From an uncultured delta proteobacterium (lineage in GTDB: Bacteria; Desulfobacterota; Syntrophobacteria; Syntrophobacterales; Syntrophobacteraceae), in NCBI GenBank assembly GCA_963808625.1, contig CAWEHK010000044.1:31939-95938 (forward strand): a stretch of DNA of 64,000 bases, read 5' to 3'. The notes under the pieces were generated by a model. The model did not search any database. It saw only the letters and a program-made list of their open reading frames with translations, and was not told the DNA's origin. The translations under genes were made by a program, and so were the position numbers. Each line of letters begins with the position of its first letter. Positions within the stretch are counted from its first letter, which is position 1. This document shows, piece by piece, positions 38,963 through 49,910 of this stretch.

Positions 38963-40645
38963 CTACATCTTCTCCGGTGCGCTCACTCCCAGCAGTTCCA
39001 TGGCATTACGAATCACCAGGCGGACGGCATCGGCCAGTGCCAGGCGCGCCGCGGTCAATTCCGGGTCGTCGCCAAGGATGCGGTTCTGATTGTAGTAGCT
39101 ATGGAAGAGAGACACCAGTTCGTGCAGGTAATACGGTATGAAATGCGGTTCCAGGGCGGTTGCGCATTTGCTGAGCACCTGCGGGTATTCACCCAGCAGC
39201 TTGATCAGGTTCAGTTCCTCCGGGAGGGTCAGGCTCTTGAAGAGCGAAGGGGCCGTCCCCTGAGGTCTCCGGTAGACAATCCCGCGCTCGCCGGCCACTT
39301 CAAAAACGCTGCAGAGTCGAGCATGGGCATACTGAACGTAATACACCGGGTTGTCGTTGCTCTGACTTTTGGCGACCTCAAGGTCAAAATCGAGCGGGCT
39401 GTCCGAGCGACGGGTGAGAAAGATGAACCGTGCCGCATCTCGTCCCACTTCTTCAATGACTTCGCGCAGCGTTACGAACTCCCCCGCACGGGTGGACATG
39501 GCCACCGGTTTGCCGCCACGCAGAAGGTTAACGAGCTGAACCAGGATGATCCGCAGATCGTCCCGCTTGCGGCCAAGCGCCTGCACGCCTGCCAGCATGC
39601 GTTCCACGTAGCCGTGATGATCGGCGCCCCAGATGTCGATGACGGTATCGAAACCGCGTTCGAATTTATCTCGGTGATAAGCCAAATCGGAGGCGAAGTA
39701 AGTGCTGACCCCGTTCGAGCGGATTACCACCCGGTCCTTTTCATCGCCAAAAGCGGTGCTGCGGAACCAGCGGGCCCAATCCTGTTCATAAACGTAACCG
39801 TGCGCTGCCAGGGCCTCAATGGTTTGCTGAATGGCATCGGCATCATGGAGTCTCTGTTCGCTGAACCAATGGTCGAAATGCACTCCGAAGCTCTCCAGAT
39901 CGTCTTTGATCCCGCCGAGGATGCGCTCGCCGGCAAAGCGCGTGAACACGGGCAGCACGTCCTCCAGCGCGCTCTTCTGGAAGGTATCTGTTCCCCGCTC
40001 GACAAGTTCGCGGGCGAGGTCGAGCATGTAATCGCCCTGGTAATGACCGTCGGGAAATTCAATTTCGTCTCCCAGTTGTTGCCGGTAACGATAATAGAGG
40101 CTCCTTCCCAGGGTATCCATCTGGTTTCCGGCATCATTGATGTAGTACTCGCGTTCCACCCGATAGCCACAGGCGGTCAGGATGTTGGCCAGCACATCCC
40201 CGGTGGCGGCGCCGCGCCCATGGCCGATGTGCAAGGGCCCGGTGGGGTTGGCGCTGACAAATTCGACCTGGACCCTCTGCCCCTTGCCAAGGTTTTGATA
40301 GCCATAGGCTTTGGGATCGTTGAGGATTTCCAGGAGAACCTCGTGCCAGGCAGCCGGTTGAATGAAAAAGTTGATAAATCCGGGTCCGGCGATTTCGGTC
40401 CGGGCAATGGTCTGATCGGACCCCTCGAGGTTTGCCACGATCTGTGCCGCTATCTCCCGGGGATTGCGCCGCAATTGTCGGGTCAGGCTGAAGGCGACAT
40501 TGGTCGCGTAGTCTCCGTGCTGCGGCAGGTTGGGAATGTCAAGCTCGATGGGAAAGGAGCCGCGCGAACTCTTCGCATCCGCCGGCAACAGGGGCAAGAT
40601 GGCATCGGAGAGCATGGCGATGAGCCGGTTCCGAACAAGGGCCAT
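38963..40645 (-). CDS. argS: arginine-tRNA ligase
   Basis: EFVSANPTGPLHIGHGR, WGADHHGY, MSTRAG, YVQYAHAR, APEKM. Confidence 0.97.
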   Translation of the reverse strand: MALVRNRLIAMLSDAILPLLPADAKSSRGSFPIELDIPNLPQHGDYATNVAFSLTRQLRRNPREIAAQIVANLEGSDQTIARTEIAGPGFINFFIQPAAWHEVLLEILNDPKAYGYQNLGKGQRVQVEFVSANPTGPLHIGHGRGAATGDVLANILTACGYRVEREYYINDAGNQMDTLGRSLYYRYRQQLGDEIEFPDGHYQGDYMLDLARELVERGTDTFQKSALEDVLPVFTRFAGERILGGIKDDLESFGVHFDHWFSEQRLHDADAIQQTIEALAAHGYVYEQDWARWFRSTAFGDEKDRVVIRSNGVSTYFASDLAYHRDKFERGFDTVIDIWGADHHGYVERMLAGVQALGRKRDDLRIILVQLVNLLRGGKPVAMSTRAGEFVTLREVIEEVGRDAARFIFLTRRSDSPLDFDLEVAKSQSNDNPVYYVQYAHARLCSVFEVAGERGIVYRRPQGTAPSLFKSLTLPEELNLIKLLGEYPQVLSKCATALEPHFIPYYLHELVSLFHSYYNQNRILGDDPELTAARLALADAVRLVIRNAMELLGVSAPEKM

Positions 40646-40740
40646 AGGCAGTGAAGCCTCCTTTTCTCTGAGTGTGTGGTCATCGATATATATATCAGGA
40701 GGGTGCGCCGGTGCAAGTCCAGCCTTGCAGAATCGCTGAG

Positions 40741-41880
40741 TTAAGCGAACTCCTCTCCACTTGAAGCGTGATGGAAGTACTTAAAGCGATGGCGTCCAAT
40801 ACTGCAATAGATTTCGTAGCTGATGGTATTGCAGAGCTGCGCGATTTCTTCCGCCGTGATCCGCTCATTGCCCTGTTCACCGAGCAAAACGGCCTCGTCG
40901 TCCTCGCCTGCCCCAGGGATGTTGGTCACGTCGACGGTGATCATACTCATCGAGATGCGGCCCACAAGCGGGGCTCGCTTGCCGCGAATGAGCACCTGCG
41001 CGCGGTTGGAAAGGACCCTTGGATAGCCGTCGTCGTATCCGACGGGAAGCGTGGCAATGCGGCTCGTTCTGGTGGTCGTATAAGTGCGTCCGTAGCCGAT
41101 GGGGTGATTGGGAGGCACCTCCTTGAGTTGCATGACCCTGGCCTTAAAGCTCATCACCGGGCGCAGATCTGCCGGGTAATGGATCTCATCCGAAGGCGGA
41201 GAACCGTACAGCATGATGCCCGGCCGCACCAACTGAAAATGGGCATGGGGCAGATCCAGGATGCCGGCGCTGTTGGAAATATGGGCATAGGTGGCGGGGC
41301 GCCCGGCATCCGCAAGCATGCGCAGCACGGATTGGAAGCGGTTGAGCTGAAATTCCGAATAGGTTTTGTCCGCCTCATCGGCGACGGCGAAATGGGACAG
41401 GACCCCTTCCAGTTCTACGGCGGGCAGGTCCAGCAGTTCATCGAGAAAGGCAGGCACCGCTTCAAAGGGAACGCCCAGTCTTCCCATGCCGGTGTCTACT
41501 TTAAGATGCACGCGGACCGGCTGCTGCAAGCGGGTTGCGATGCGGCTCAGGAGCCGGGCATGGTCGATGCGGAAAACGACCGGTCGTACTTGCAGCCTGA
41601 TGGCTTCTTCCATATCGGCAGGTTCCAGCCCCAGGAGCGTGAGAAGCGGGAGCTGAATGCCATGGGCACGGAGCTCCTGGGCCTCCCAGAACTTGCTCAC
41701 CGCCAGGAAGTTGACGCCGCAGGCGACGAGTTCCCTGGCCACCGGGACCATCCCGTGTCCGTAAGCATCGGATTTGACCACGCCAAGGACTTGGGCATTC
41801 GCCGTCATCCTGTTTTGCACCTGGTTGACGTTGTGTCGCAACGCCTCGAGATCAATGTCAACCCAGCTTAGAGGCATCAT
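40741..41880 (-). CDS. alr: alanine racemase
   Basis: VVKSDAYGHG, KVDTGMGRLG, RPGIMLYG, GYDDG. Confidence 0.95.
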   Translation of the reverse strand: MMPLSWVDIDLEALRHNVNQVQNRMTANAQVLGVVKSDAYGHGMVPVARELVACGVNFLAVSKFWEAQELRAHGIQLPLLTLLGLEPADMEEAIRLQVRPVVFRIDHARLLSRIATRLQQPVRVHLKVDTGMGRLGVPFEAVPAFLDELLDLPAVELEGVLSHFAVADEADKTYSEFQLNRFQSVLRMLADAGRPATYAHISNSAGILDLPHAHFQLVRPGIMLYGSPPSDEIHYPADLRPVMSFKARVMQLKEVPPNHPIGYGRTYTTTRTSRIATLPVGYDDGYPRVLSNRAQVLIRGKRAPLVGRISMSMITVDVTNIPGAGEDDEAVLLGEQGNERITAEEIAQLCNTISYEIYCSIGRHRFKYFHHASSGEEFA

Positions 41881-41892
41881 TCCCTCCGCGGT

Positions 41893-42084
41893 ATTAGCAG
41901 TTAGCTCTTAACTCTTAGCAGTTAGCTCTTAGCTCTTAGCCCTTGGCCTTTTCGTTTTTGCCTTTTCTATCTTTGATGCCTGTGCCCCTTGTGGCCATTT
42001 TCCTCAACACCGGCCTACCACCGCCACTTATCGCCCGTTACTCACCACTCATCACTCGTGACTCACACTCGTTACTCATCACCC
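41893..42084. repeat. two 7-nt periodic tracts (TTAGCTC; ACTCATC-like)
   Basis: 41893-41942 and ~42037-42084. Confidence 0.7.
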
Positions 42085-42197
42085 ATTGAAACGCGCGCCG
42101 ATGAGTCCCTATGCAAGCCGGTCAAAATATGTTAGGCGAATCCCGGAAGAATGGGAAGAAGATCTTTGGGAGACTTGCAGTATGAAGAAGGAGAAAC

Positions 42198-42398
42198 ATG
42201 TCTCTGGGGTATTTCCTCACGGTCATCGGGCTGATTTGCTTTCTTGAAGGCTTGCCTTACTTTGCTTTCCCAAAACAAGTGAAGACCTGGCTGGAGAAGC
42301 TCACGCTCATGCCCTGCACGCAACTCCGCATGATCGGCGGGGCCTTGATGGTCGTCGGGCTGCTGCTTGTCTATTGGGGGCGCCGGCATGGAGGGTAG
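42198..42398 (+). CDS. DUF2065 small membrane protein
   Basis: IGL..FLEGLPYFAFP...LR.IG. Confidence 0.85.
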   Translation: MSLGYFLTVIGLICFLEGLPYFAFPKQVKTWLEKLTLMPCTQLRMIGGALMVVGLLLVYWGRRHGG

Positions 42399-43466
42399 GG
42401 GAGACCTCACATACGATCTTGAGGACTACCATTATGATCTTCCTGAGACCTTGATTGCTCAGGAGCCTATGGAGAAACGGGAAGCCTGCCGGTTGTTGGT
42501 CCTGCGGCGCTCACCGGAGAGTCTGGAACACCGGCGCTTCGATGAGATCTGCTCGTATCTGCAGCCGGGCGACCTGCTGGTCCTCAATGACACGCGGGTT
42601 GTCCCTGCGAGGCTGCTGGGTGTGAAGGCGACGGGGGGCAAGATTGAACTCCTCGTGTTGGAGCCGTTCAAACCCGCAGAGCATGATAACGGAAAGGCCT
42701 GCTTATGCCTGGTGAAGGCCGCCAAACCCCCGCAGCCTCACAGCCTGATTACCTTCAGAAACGGCCTCCAGGCAGAGGTGCTCAGTCGGCCGGAAGAGGG
42801 TAAGGCTCACGTGCGCTTCCTGACCTCTGAACCTCTTTCGGCGCTCCTGGAGGCTGTTGGAGAAGTTCCTCTGCCACCCTATATCCATCGTGACGGCACC
42901 AGTCCTCATGGGGAAGATGCGACTTCCTACCAGACGGTTTATGCCCGGGAGCCGGGATCGGTTGCGGCCCCTACTGCCGGCCTGCACTTCAGCCTGGGTC
43001 TCCTCGAGAAATTGGAGCAGCGCGGTGTCGAGATCGTCAAGGTCACCCTGCACGTTGGCTACGGTACCTTCGCTCCGATGCGGGTCAGGGACATCCGGCA
43101 GCATGTGATGCATCCTGAGTACGCGGAAATCAGCCATGATGCGGCCCGGCGGATTGATCAGGCGAAGAAGGAAGGCAGGCGTATCGTCGCCGTTGGGACG
43201 ACTTCAGCCCGGATCATTGGAATATGCCGCCCTCCAAGAGGGAAGGGTTACGGCCTTTTCCGGATACTGCGATTTATACATCTATCCAGGCTTTCCACTC
43301 CAGGTGGTGGACGCCATGATCACCAACTTCCATTTGCCGAAGTCGTCCCTGCTGTTGTTGGTTTCGGCTTTGGCCGGCCGGAAAGCGATCCTGCATGCTT
43401 ACCGGGAAGCGGTCAGGGAGGAACTATCGGTTCTTTAGCTATGGCGATGCGATGCTGATCCTGTAG
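42388..43466 (+). CDS. queA: S-adenosylmethionine:tRNA ribosyltransferase-isomerase; frameshifts near 3' end
   Basis: YDLPETLIAQEP, NDTRVVPARL, PLPPYI, AAPTAGLHF, TNFHLPKSS, SYGDAMLI. Confidence 0.93.
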
Positions 43467-43562
43467 GAGTGGGCCGTCACCAATTCTCCGAAAGAACTGG
43501 AGGGGCGACTTCATTTGTGGGGCAGGCTTTCCAGCCTGCCACTCAGATCAAGCATGGCACTT

Positions 43563-43995
43563 AGCACAGCTCCACAGAATAAAGTAACCATAGACCTGAC
43601 GCGTCATTCCTACGAAAGTAGAAATTTATCATGGCAAATCAATGATTTATAGATTCTATTTTTTTTGAAGCCAAGTTGTATGCCAATTTTACTTTCATTG
43701 AACGGGGTGTAAGCTTGCATGGAAGATTCCGGTGAAAACCGGAATTCAGAGCACTGCCTGGATACCGGATTTCGCAGGTATGACGATCTGAATCCGGACA
43801 CTTATTTTTGTGGAGCATTACTTCGAAATTGTCCAGAAGCAACTTGCGCTCATTTCAGCTCTTTTTCGAACCACGAAGAACACGAAGAGCACGAAGAAAT
43901 CACTTCGTGGTCTTCGTGCTCTTCGTGTTCTTCGCGGTAAAAGAAGGCGTTCTATTTTCGGATGTCCCCTTGGGGCGGGTTGGAAAACCCGCCCT
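43563..43995. repeat. stack of MITE/REP-like elements
   Basis: AGCACAGCTCCACA..TGTGGAGCATTACT element, family A copy (43822-43972) and a GGGCGGGTT..AACCCGCCC hairpin. Confidence 0.65.
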
Positions 43996-44089
43996 CCTTT
44001 GGGTGTGATCCCGATGAGGCTTGGCGGGAATCGAGAAGGTCGGGATGTATGACTAATCAGGTATCTTATGAGGTTTAAGGACTCCTCCA

Positions 44090-45196
44090 GTGGTTTTTGA
44101 GATTCTCGCCCGTGATCCAGGATGTGAAGCGCGCCGCGGTCGTTTGGTGACGGCCCATGGTATGGTTGAGACACCGGTGTTTATGCCCGTGGGCACTCAA
44201 GGGACGGTTAAGAGCCTCACTCCTGACGAACTGGAAGCCCTGGGTGCTCAGATGATTCTCGGGAATACCTACCACCTCCAGATGCGGCCGGGTGCGGAAC
44301 GGATCGCCCGTCTTGGCGGGTTGCACGCCTTCATGCACTGGCCCCGGTCAATCTTGACGGACAGCGGCGGTTTTCAGGTCTTCAGTCTGGCCCGGATCAA
44401 CAAGGTCGAAGAGGAAGGAGTGGTCTTCCAATCGCACCTGGATGGCTCGCGGCATTTGCTCAGCCCGGAAACGGCGGTGCAGATCCAGATGCAACTGGGC
44501 TCGGATATCGCCATGGTGTTCGATGAATGCAACTCTTATCCGGTCACTTACGGCTATGCCACCGAGTCCATGCAGCGCACCGTGCGCTGGGCTGAGCGCT
44601 CCAAAGCGGCCCACCAACTTCAGGAGCAGGCTCAGTTCGGAATCATCCAGGGGAGTGTCTTTCTCGATCTCAGGAAATCCTGCCTGGAACAACTGGCGGC
44701 CATCGGTTTCGATGGGTATGCCCTGGGCAGCCTGTCCGTAGGGGAGCCCAAGGAAGAGATGCTTGCCGTTTTGGAGACCATGACACCCCTCATGCCGGCT
44801 TCGCGTCCCCGCTATCTGATGGGGGTCGGGACTCCCGAGGATCTCGTCGAGGGTGTGCGGCTGGGGGTGGACATGTTCGACTGTGTCATGCCGACGCGCA
44901 ACGCCCGCAACGGCATGCTTTTCACCTCGTGGGGGAGCATCCAGATCAAAAACAGCGCGTACGCGGAGGATGCCGCGCCCATTGAATCGGGGTGCGCCTG
45001 CTACACCTGTCAGCGCTTTTCCCGGGCCTATCTGCGGCATCTTTTCATGGCCCGGGAACTCCTTGCCTATCGCCTGAACACCCTCCACAACCTCCACTAT
45101 TACCTGACGCTCATGGCCGCCATGCGCCAGGCCATTCAGGATCACCGTTTCGAAACCTGGCGCAAGGCCTTCTATGCGGAGCGTGCGTCAGGGTAG
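44090..45196 (+). CDS. tgt: tRNA-guanine transglycosylase
   Basis: TPVFMPVGT, LTDSGGFQVFSL, DMFDCVMPTRNARNG, C.CYTC. Confidence 0.96.
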   Translation: MVFEILARDPGCEARRGRLVTAHGMVETPVFMPVGTQGTVKSLTPDELEALGAQMILGNTYHLQMRPGAERIARLGGLHAFMHWPRSILTDSGGFQVFSLARINKVEEEGVVFQSHLDGSRHLLSPETAVQIQMQLGSDIAMVFDECNSYPVTYGYATESMQRTVRWAERSKAAHQLQEQAQFGIIQGSVFLDLRKSCLEQLAAIGFDGYALGSLSVGEPKEEMLAVLETMTPLMPASRPRYLMGVGTPEDLVEGVRLGVDMFDCVMPTRNARNGMLFTSWGSIQIKNSAYAEDAAPIESGCACYTCQRFSRAYLRHLFMARELLAYRLNTLHNLHYYLTLMAAMRQAIQDHRFETWRKAFYAERASG

Positions 45197-45309
45197 GGTG
45201 CATCGTGACTCGCAATGAGCATCCCGTTTCGTCCAGCAGCAAGCCTCCCCAATGGCAGGGCAATTCGGCTGCCGAAGAATCGCTTGTTCCTGTTGTCCCC
45301 AGCTCAAGC

Positions 45310-45510
45310 CTGGCTCGTTTCGCTCGTTCCCAAGCTCCAGCTTGGGAACGCAGTCATGGAAGCTCCAGCTTCAAGTGTCTCTTGAGTGTCGGGTGGCAGC
45401 CACACATCCGACGAAGCTGGAGCTTCGAAGCAGGTGGGTCCCCAAGCCAGAGCTTGGGAACCAGCACAACCAGCACACCAGTGCCAAGTGCGCTTTTCAG
45501 ACAGGCTCTA
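45310..45510. repeat. MITE family B copy
   Basis: Matches 7189-7445. Confidence 0.7.
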
Positions 45511-45579
45511 AAGTGCCCTTTTGATCAACGGGGGATACCGGCCCATCCATAGTCGGTGACATGCTTCTGCCGACCTTCG

Positions 45580-47481
45580 CTAGCGCTTTGCCTCCCTCGA
45601 GTCCAGCCCCAATCCGGCGCGCTTGCTTTCGATATGGTTGATGATCAGGGCGGCGGCCTTCTCCGGGTCGGGTTCCACGGCAAAGGTGGCCCCGACCACG
45701 TCCTTCAGGCCCTCGGTAAGGAGTTTTACGATGTTGATGCTGCCCGTTACGGGAGGCATCGGGCCGAGGTGGGTGAAAACTCCCGAGGCAACGAAATAAC
45801 AGCCGATCGTTGCCGCCTTTTCGGAATACCACTCGGGGGCCGATCCCGCCACCGGGAGGTCGCTGATGTCGCAGCCGAGAGTGTTCGCCAGGGCTGAGAG
45901 CAGGACCAGAATGCGCACATTGTCCACACAGCTTCCGACATGAAGAACGGGCGGGATGCCGAGTGCGCCGCAGACTTCCTTCAGACCCGGCCCCGCTTTT
46001 TCCAGCGCCTCGAGGGTTTTGAACCCGGCGCGGGCGTGGGCCACGGAAACGCACCCGGTGTCGACCACCAGGATGTCGTTGGCAATGAGCTCGGAGGTCA
46101 GGTTCACGTGGCCGAAATCCTGCTTGATGCGCGGATTGTTGCAGCCGACCACCCCGACGGCGCCCCGGATCTTGCCCGCCTTGATCGCATCAATGAGGGG
46201 CCCGGCGGTCCCGCCAAGGGCTCCCAGCACCGCTTCGACACTCATCCCGCAGATGACTTCCTGAGGCTCGACCGGAATGAAAACCCGCTTGCTGTCGCGG
46301 TTGGAGAAATTGTCGATGGCCATTCTAACCAGAGTTTCGGCCTTTTCGTAAGCGTTCTCCGGGGTGAACTCGTGGTGTTCCATGCCGGGAAATTTGGCCT
46401 TGTCGGAGGTCGAGATCATCTTCGTGTGGTAGCAGGCGGCGACATCACTGATGGCGGGCATGATGCACTGGTAGTCCACAATCATCATCTCGACCGCCCC
46501 GGTGACGAGCACGAGTTCCGTGGAGAGATGATTCCCCGCCATGGGCACGCCATGGCGCATCATGAGTTCGTTCCCCGTGCAGCACACCCCCGCCAGATTG
46601 ATGCCTTTGGCCCCTTTCTGTTCCGCCAGTTTGATCATGTCGGGATGCTGGCAGGCCGCCACCAGGGTTTCGGAAACCACCGGGTTGTGGCCGTGGACGA
46701 TGATATTCACCTGGTCCTGCTTCAATACTCCCACGTTGACCGTGCTCTTGGCAGGCTGCGGGGTGCCGAAAAGGATGTCGCTCACTTCGGTGGCGATCAT
46801 GGAGCCGCCCCACCCGTCGGAGAGGGCGTTCCGCAGCCCGTGCAGCAGGATGCTGACCCAGTCGTTGTCGACGCCCATGTGGGTGCGGTGCATCATCTCC
46901 GAAGTTTCGCGGTCGATGCCGCGCGGCATGATGCCGAGCTTCTGCCAGAGTTCCTGGCGTTGTCTGGGCGCGCGACTGATCAAGGTGAGGCGGTGCTTCT
47001 TCGAGCCGTAATCGTCGAACATGGCGTCGGCCAATTCCGCCGCGATGGTCAGGTCGTCTTTGCCGTCGCTCTCGATGCCAAATTCCGCAGCTACCCGCCG
47101 GAGCTTTGCCGGATCTTTGATGGCGTAGCCCGGGGCCTTGCCCTGGGCCACCTTGCTCAGCACCTCCACGAGGTCGCGGCCGTGATCGGAGTGGCTCGCA
47201 GCCCCGGCGGCAATCATGCGGCCCAGGTTGCGGGCCACCATGATATCGGCGTTGGCGCCGCAGACGCCCTTTTGGGGACCTTCGCCGAAAGGATCGATGC
47301 GGCACGGTCCCATCATGCAGATGCGGCAGGAAAGCCCCATTTCGCAAAACCCGCAGTTGGGCTGCTGGGCTTGATAACGGTCCCACACGGTTTCGACCTG
47401 GTCCCTTGAGGCCTTTTCCAGCAGCAGTTGGGTGTCGGGGACGATACTGTACCGGGAGTAGTCCTTTTGGTAACTCATCAC
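45580..47481 (-). CDS. cooS: anaerobic Ni,Fe carbon monoxide dehydrogenase
   Basis: CRICMMGPC, HSDHGR, HGHNP, CCTGNE, DYQC, GCNN, TGC, GSCVDN, SEKA. Confidence 0.95.
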   Translation of the reverse strand: MMSYQKDYSRYSIVPDTQLLLEKASRDQVETVWDRYQAQQPNCGFCEMGLSCRICMMGPCRIDPFGEGPQKGVCGANADIMVARNLGRMIAAGAASHSDHGRDLVEVLSKVAQGKAPGYAIKDPAKLRRVAAEFGIESDGKDDLTIAAELADAMFDDYGSKKHRLTLISRAPRQRQELWQKLGIMPRGIDRETSEMMHRTHMGVDNDWVSILLHGLRNALSDGWGGSMIATEVSDILFGTPQPAKSTVNVGVLKQDQVNIIVHGHNPVVSETLVAACQHPDMIKLAEQKGAKGINLAGVCCTGNELMMRHGVPMAGNHLSTELVLVTGAVEMMIVDYQCIMPAISDVAACYHTKMISTSDKAKFPGMEHHEFTPENAYEKAETLVRMAIDNFSNRDSKRVFIPVEPQEVICGMSVEAVLGALGGTAGPLIDAIKAGKIRGAVGVVGCNNPRIKQDFGHVNLTSELIANDILVVDTGCVSVAHARAGFKTLEALEKAGPGLKEVCGALGIPPVLHVGSCVDNVRILVLLSALANTLGCDISDLPVAGSAPEWYSEKAATIGCYFVASGVFTHLGPMPPVTGSINIVKLLTEGLKDVVGATFAVEPDPEKAAALIINHIESKRAGLGLDSREAKR

Positions 47482-47497
47482 AGATCCTCCTTATTGA

Positions 47498-47620
47498 CAG
47501 TGGTCAGTGGCCAGTGGTCAGTGATCAGAAGTGATTGACCAGTGACCAGTGATCAGCGATCAGTAATTAATGGCCAGCGATCAGTAGTCAGCGACCGGTA
47601 GCCGGTTGTCGGTGAGCAGC
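47498..47620. repeat. 7-nt periodic tract (CAGTGGT/CAGTGAT)
   Basis: Degenerate heptamers; complementary tract at 48550-48660. Confidence 0.7.
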
Positions 47621-47664
47621 AGCATAGCCGCAGCCTTCAGTTCGTGTTCACTGGCAGCCATCGC

Positions 47665-48282
47665 TCACGATCTCTGACCCTTGGAGCTCATCGCCGCCGT
47701 TGTGCGTTTGCTCTGCACCAATAGCTCAAAACCGGCGGAAGCGGGGCGCATGGCAGCTTCCATGGCACTCAGCAGCCGGGCCGTCACACGCTCCATTTCG
47801 CGGCGAAAGGCCGCCGTCGGTTCCTCGAAAGTGAGCGCTCCCACCAGGCAGGTCTCCACGCACGCGGGAACGAGGCCCTGGTCCTGACGTTCCAGACAAT
47901 TGTCGCACTTCACCGCCACGATCTTTTGGGGAGGGGCAGCGTAGTCCTGATGATATCGAATCACCCCGAAGGGACAGGCCATGGCGCACGAGGCGCAGTT
48001 GATGCACAGGTCCGGGTCGATAAGGACGGTGTTGGACGACGCGTCGCGCCTGATGGCGCCGGCCAGGCAGGCCAGCATGCAGGGGGCTGGGTCGCAGTGC
48101 CGGCAGCGGTTGGGGAACCCTTCGCCGGCCGGCCCCGCGCCAAGATGAATCCTGGGTTGCGGGCGCGGTTCCTCCAGGGTAGCGAGGAAGAGACTCTTGG
48201 CTCGCGAGTGCGCGGTGGCGCATGCGGGCATGCACTGCATGCAGCCAACACAGCGCTCGGGATGCACTAACACCGTTTTCAT
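47665..48282 (-). CDS. cooF: CooF-like 4x[4Fe-4S] ferredoxin subunit
   Basis: CVGCMQC..AC, CRHCDPAPC..AC, CINCASCAMACP, KCDNC...PACVETC. Confidence 0.88.
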   Translation of the reverse strand: MKTVLVHPERCVGCMQCMPACATAHSRAKSLFLATLEEPRPQPRIHLGAGPAGEGFPNRCRHCDPAPCMLACLAGAIRRDASSNTVLIDPDLCINCASCAMACPFGVIRYHQDYAAPPQKIVAVKCDNCLERQDQGLVPACVETCLVGALTFEEPTAAFRREMERVTARLLSAMEAAMRPASAGFELLVQSKRTTAAMSSKGQRS

Positions 48283-48303
48283 GATGGCACCTCCGTTTAG
48301 GAA

Positions 48304-48660
48304 AGAAGACAGAAGACAGGAGTCAGGAGATCAGGAGTCGGGAGAGTCAGAAGGAGTCAGGAGACAGAAGTCAGGAGTCAGAAGATCGGGAATCACGAGT
48401 CTCATTGACAGAATTTGCATTCCAGCCGTATTCTGCCGCCTGACTTCCGCTCACCCGATAAGCCTGATCGCCGGTCATCGACAGGAACCCCTATCGCCGA
48501 CGCACTTTTCCTGCAAAAACCGACCACTGGCCTGCTGACCTGCATCCAGACCACTGTCACTGCCACTGCTCACTGTTCATCACTCATCACTAGCCACTAA
48601 CTCACTCATCACTCATTACTCATCACTCATTACTCGTCACTCCACTGTTCACTGACTACA
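48304..48660. repeat. two 7-nt periodic tracts (CAGGAGT; CACTCAT/CACTG)
   Basis: 48304-48390 and 48550-48660. Confidence 0.75.
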
Positions 48661-49910
48661 CCACGCTTGCGCAGCGGAACAAGACTGGCATAGTTGAATC
48701 CCGGCTCGAGGAGGCGGGTGCGATCTTTGTCCACGGGAATGCGCCCGGCGATGGTGTTCATGAGGACGCCTCCCTGTTCCACGCGGCCCACCAGAGCTGC
48801 CCCCACCAGATAATCGTCTTTGAATACCAGCTTGCGATAGGTCTGCCGTTTGAGGTCGCGAAGGGCCAGCACTTCATACTTCGCGTCAGTCGGAGGGTTA
48901 ACCAGGCCGGCGGTGAGGACATCGAGGTCGAAAATGCGAATGACGTTGCGGCTGAGGCTCCCACGATAGCGAACCCGGCGTCCCGCCATGTTCATCCCGG
49001 CGATCCGGCCCATCTCGACGGCAACCGGCCAAATGGCATTCACCCAACGTTCGCCGCGTGCAAGGTCATAATGTTCGGCCACATCCCCTGCGGCATAAAC
49101 TCCGTCGACGCTCGTCTGCAGATGGTCATCGACCAGGATGCCGGCATCAATGCGTACCCGATCGCGCCCGAGAAACCTGACGGAGGGCCAGACACCCTTT
49201 CCCACCACCACCATTTGACAATCGAGGGACTGCCCGCTGCTCAATTGGGCGCGGGCCACGCGCCCGAGGCGGTCGCTCTCGATGGCCGTCACCTCGACGC
49301 CCACCTGCACGGTGAGGCCGTGGCGTTCCAGTTCGGCCTGGATGATGGCCCCCGCTTCCGCGTCCACCTGCATGGCGAGAGGATGGTTGGAGCGGATCAG
49401 CATCGTCACCGCCAGACCTCGCCGCAGAAGCCCGTAAGCTGCCTTGAAACCGACGAGACCGCCGCCCAGCACGAGAGCATGCCGGGTCCCCTCGAGGGCC
49501 TCGAGCATCATGCGCACATCGTCAGCCTTACGCATGGTGAAGACACCCAGGCATCCGGCTCCGTCTGCCCGAAGCGGCCGGGGATCGGCGCCGGAAGCAA
49601 CGAGGAGGCGATCGAAGGGGATTTTTGCGCCGCGATCGGTTTGCACGGTGCGCGCTTTCCAGTCGATGGCGACGGCTTCCTGGCCCGTCAGGGCTTCAGC
49701 CCGAAGTCGTTGATAGTAGTCGGGAGAGCGCAGAGGCAGTTGAGGGAAATCGGCGGTCGCCGCCAGGACCTGGCTGATCATAGGGCGGCTGTAAGGCAGG
49801 TCCTCCTCGCGGGCGATGAAGGTGATGGGAGCCTCCGGGTCCAGTGAACGAATGGCTTCGGCCGCGCTCACTCCCGCGATGCCGTTCCCAATGATGACAT
49901 GTCGCAGCAT
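48630..49910 (-). CDS. FAD-dependent NAD(P)H oxidoreductase (FNOR, NirB/rubredoxin reductase-like)
   Basis: IIGNGIAG, YSRP, VLGGGLVG, YAAGD; RBS GGAGG. Confidence 0.88.
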   Translation of the reverse strand: MLRHVIIGNGIAGVSAAEAIRSLDPEAPITFIAREEDLPYSRPMISQVLAATADFPQLPLRSPDYYQRLRAEALTGQEAVAIDWKARTVQTDRGAKIPFDRLLVASGADPRPLRADGAGCLGVFTMRKADDVRMMLEALEGTRHALVLGGGLVGFKAAYGLLRRGLAVTMLIRSNHPLAMQVDAEAGAIIQAELERHGLTVQVGVEVTAIESDRLGRVARAQLSSGQSLDCQMVVVGKGVWPSVRFLGRDRVRIDAGILVDDHLQTSVDGVYAAGDVAEHYDLARGERWVNAIWPVAVEMGRIAGMNMAGRRVRYRGSLSRNVIRIFDLDVLTAGLVNPPTDAKYEVLALRDLKRQTYRKLVFKDDYLVGAALVGRVEQGGVLMNTIAGRIPVDKDRTRLLEPGFNYASLVPLRKRGVVSEQWSDE

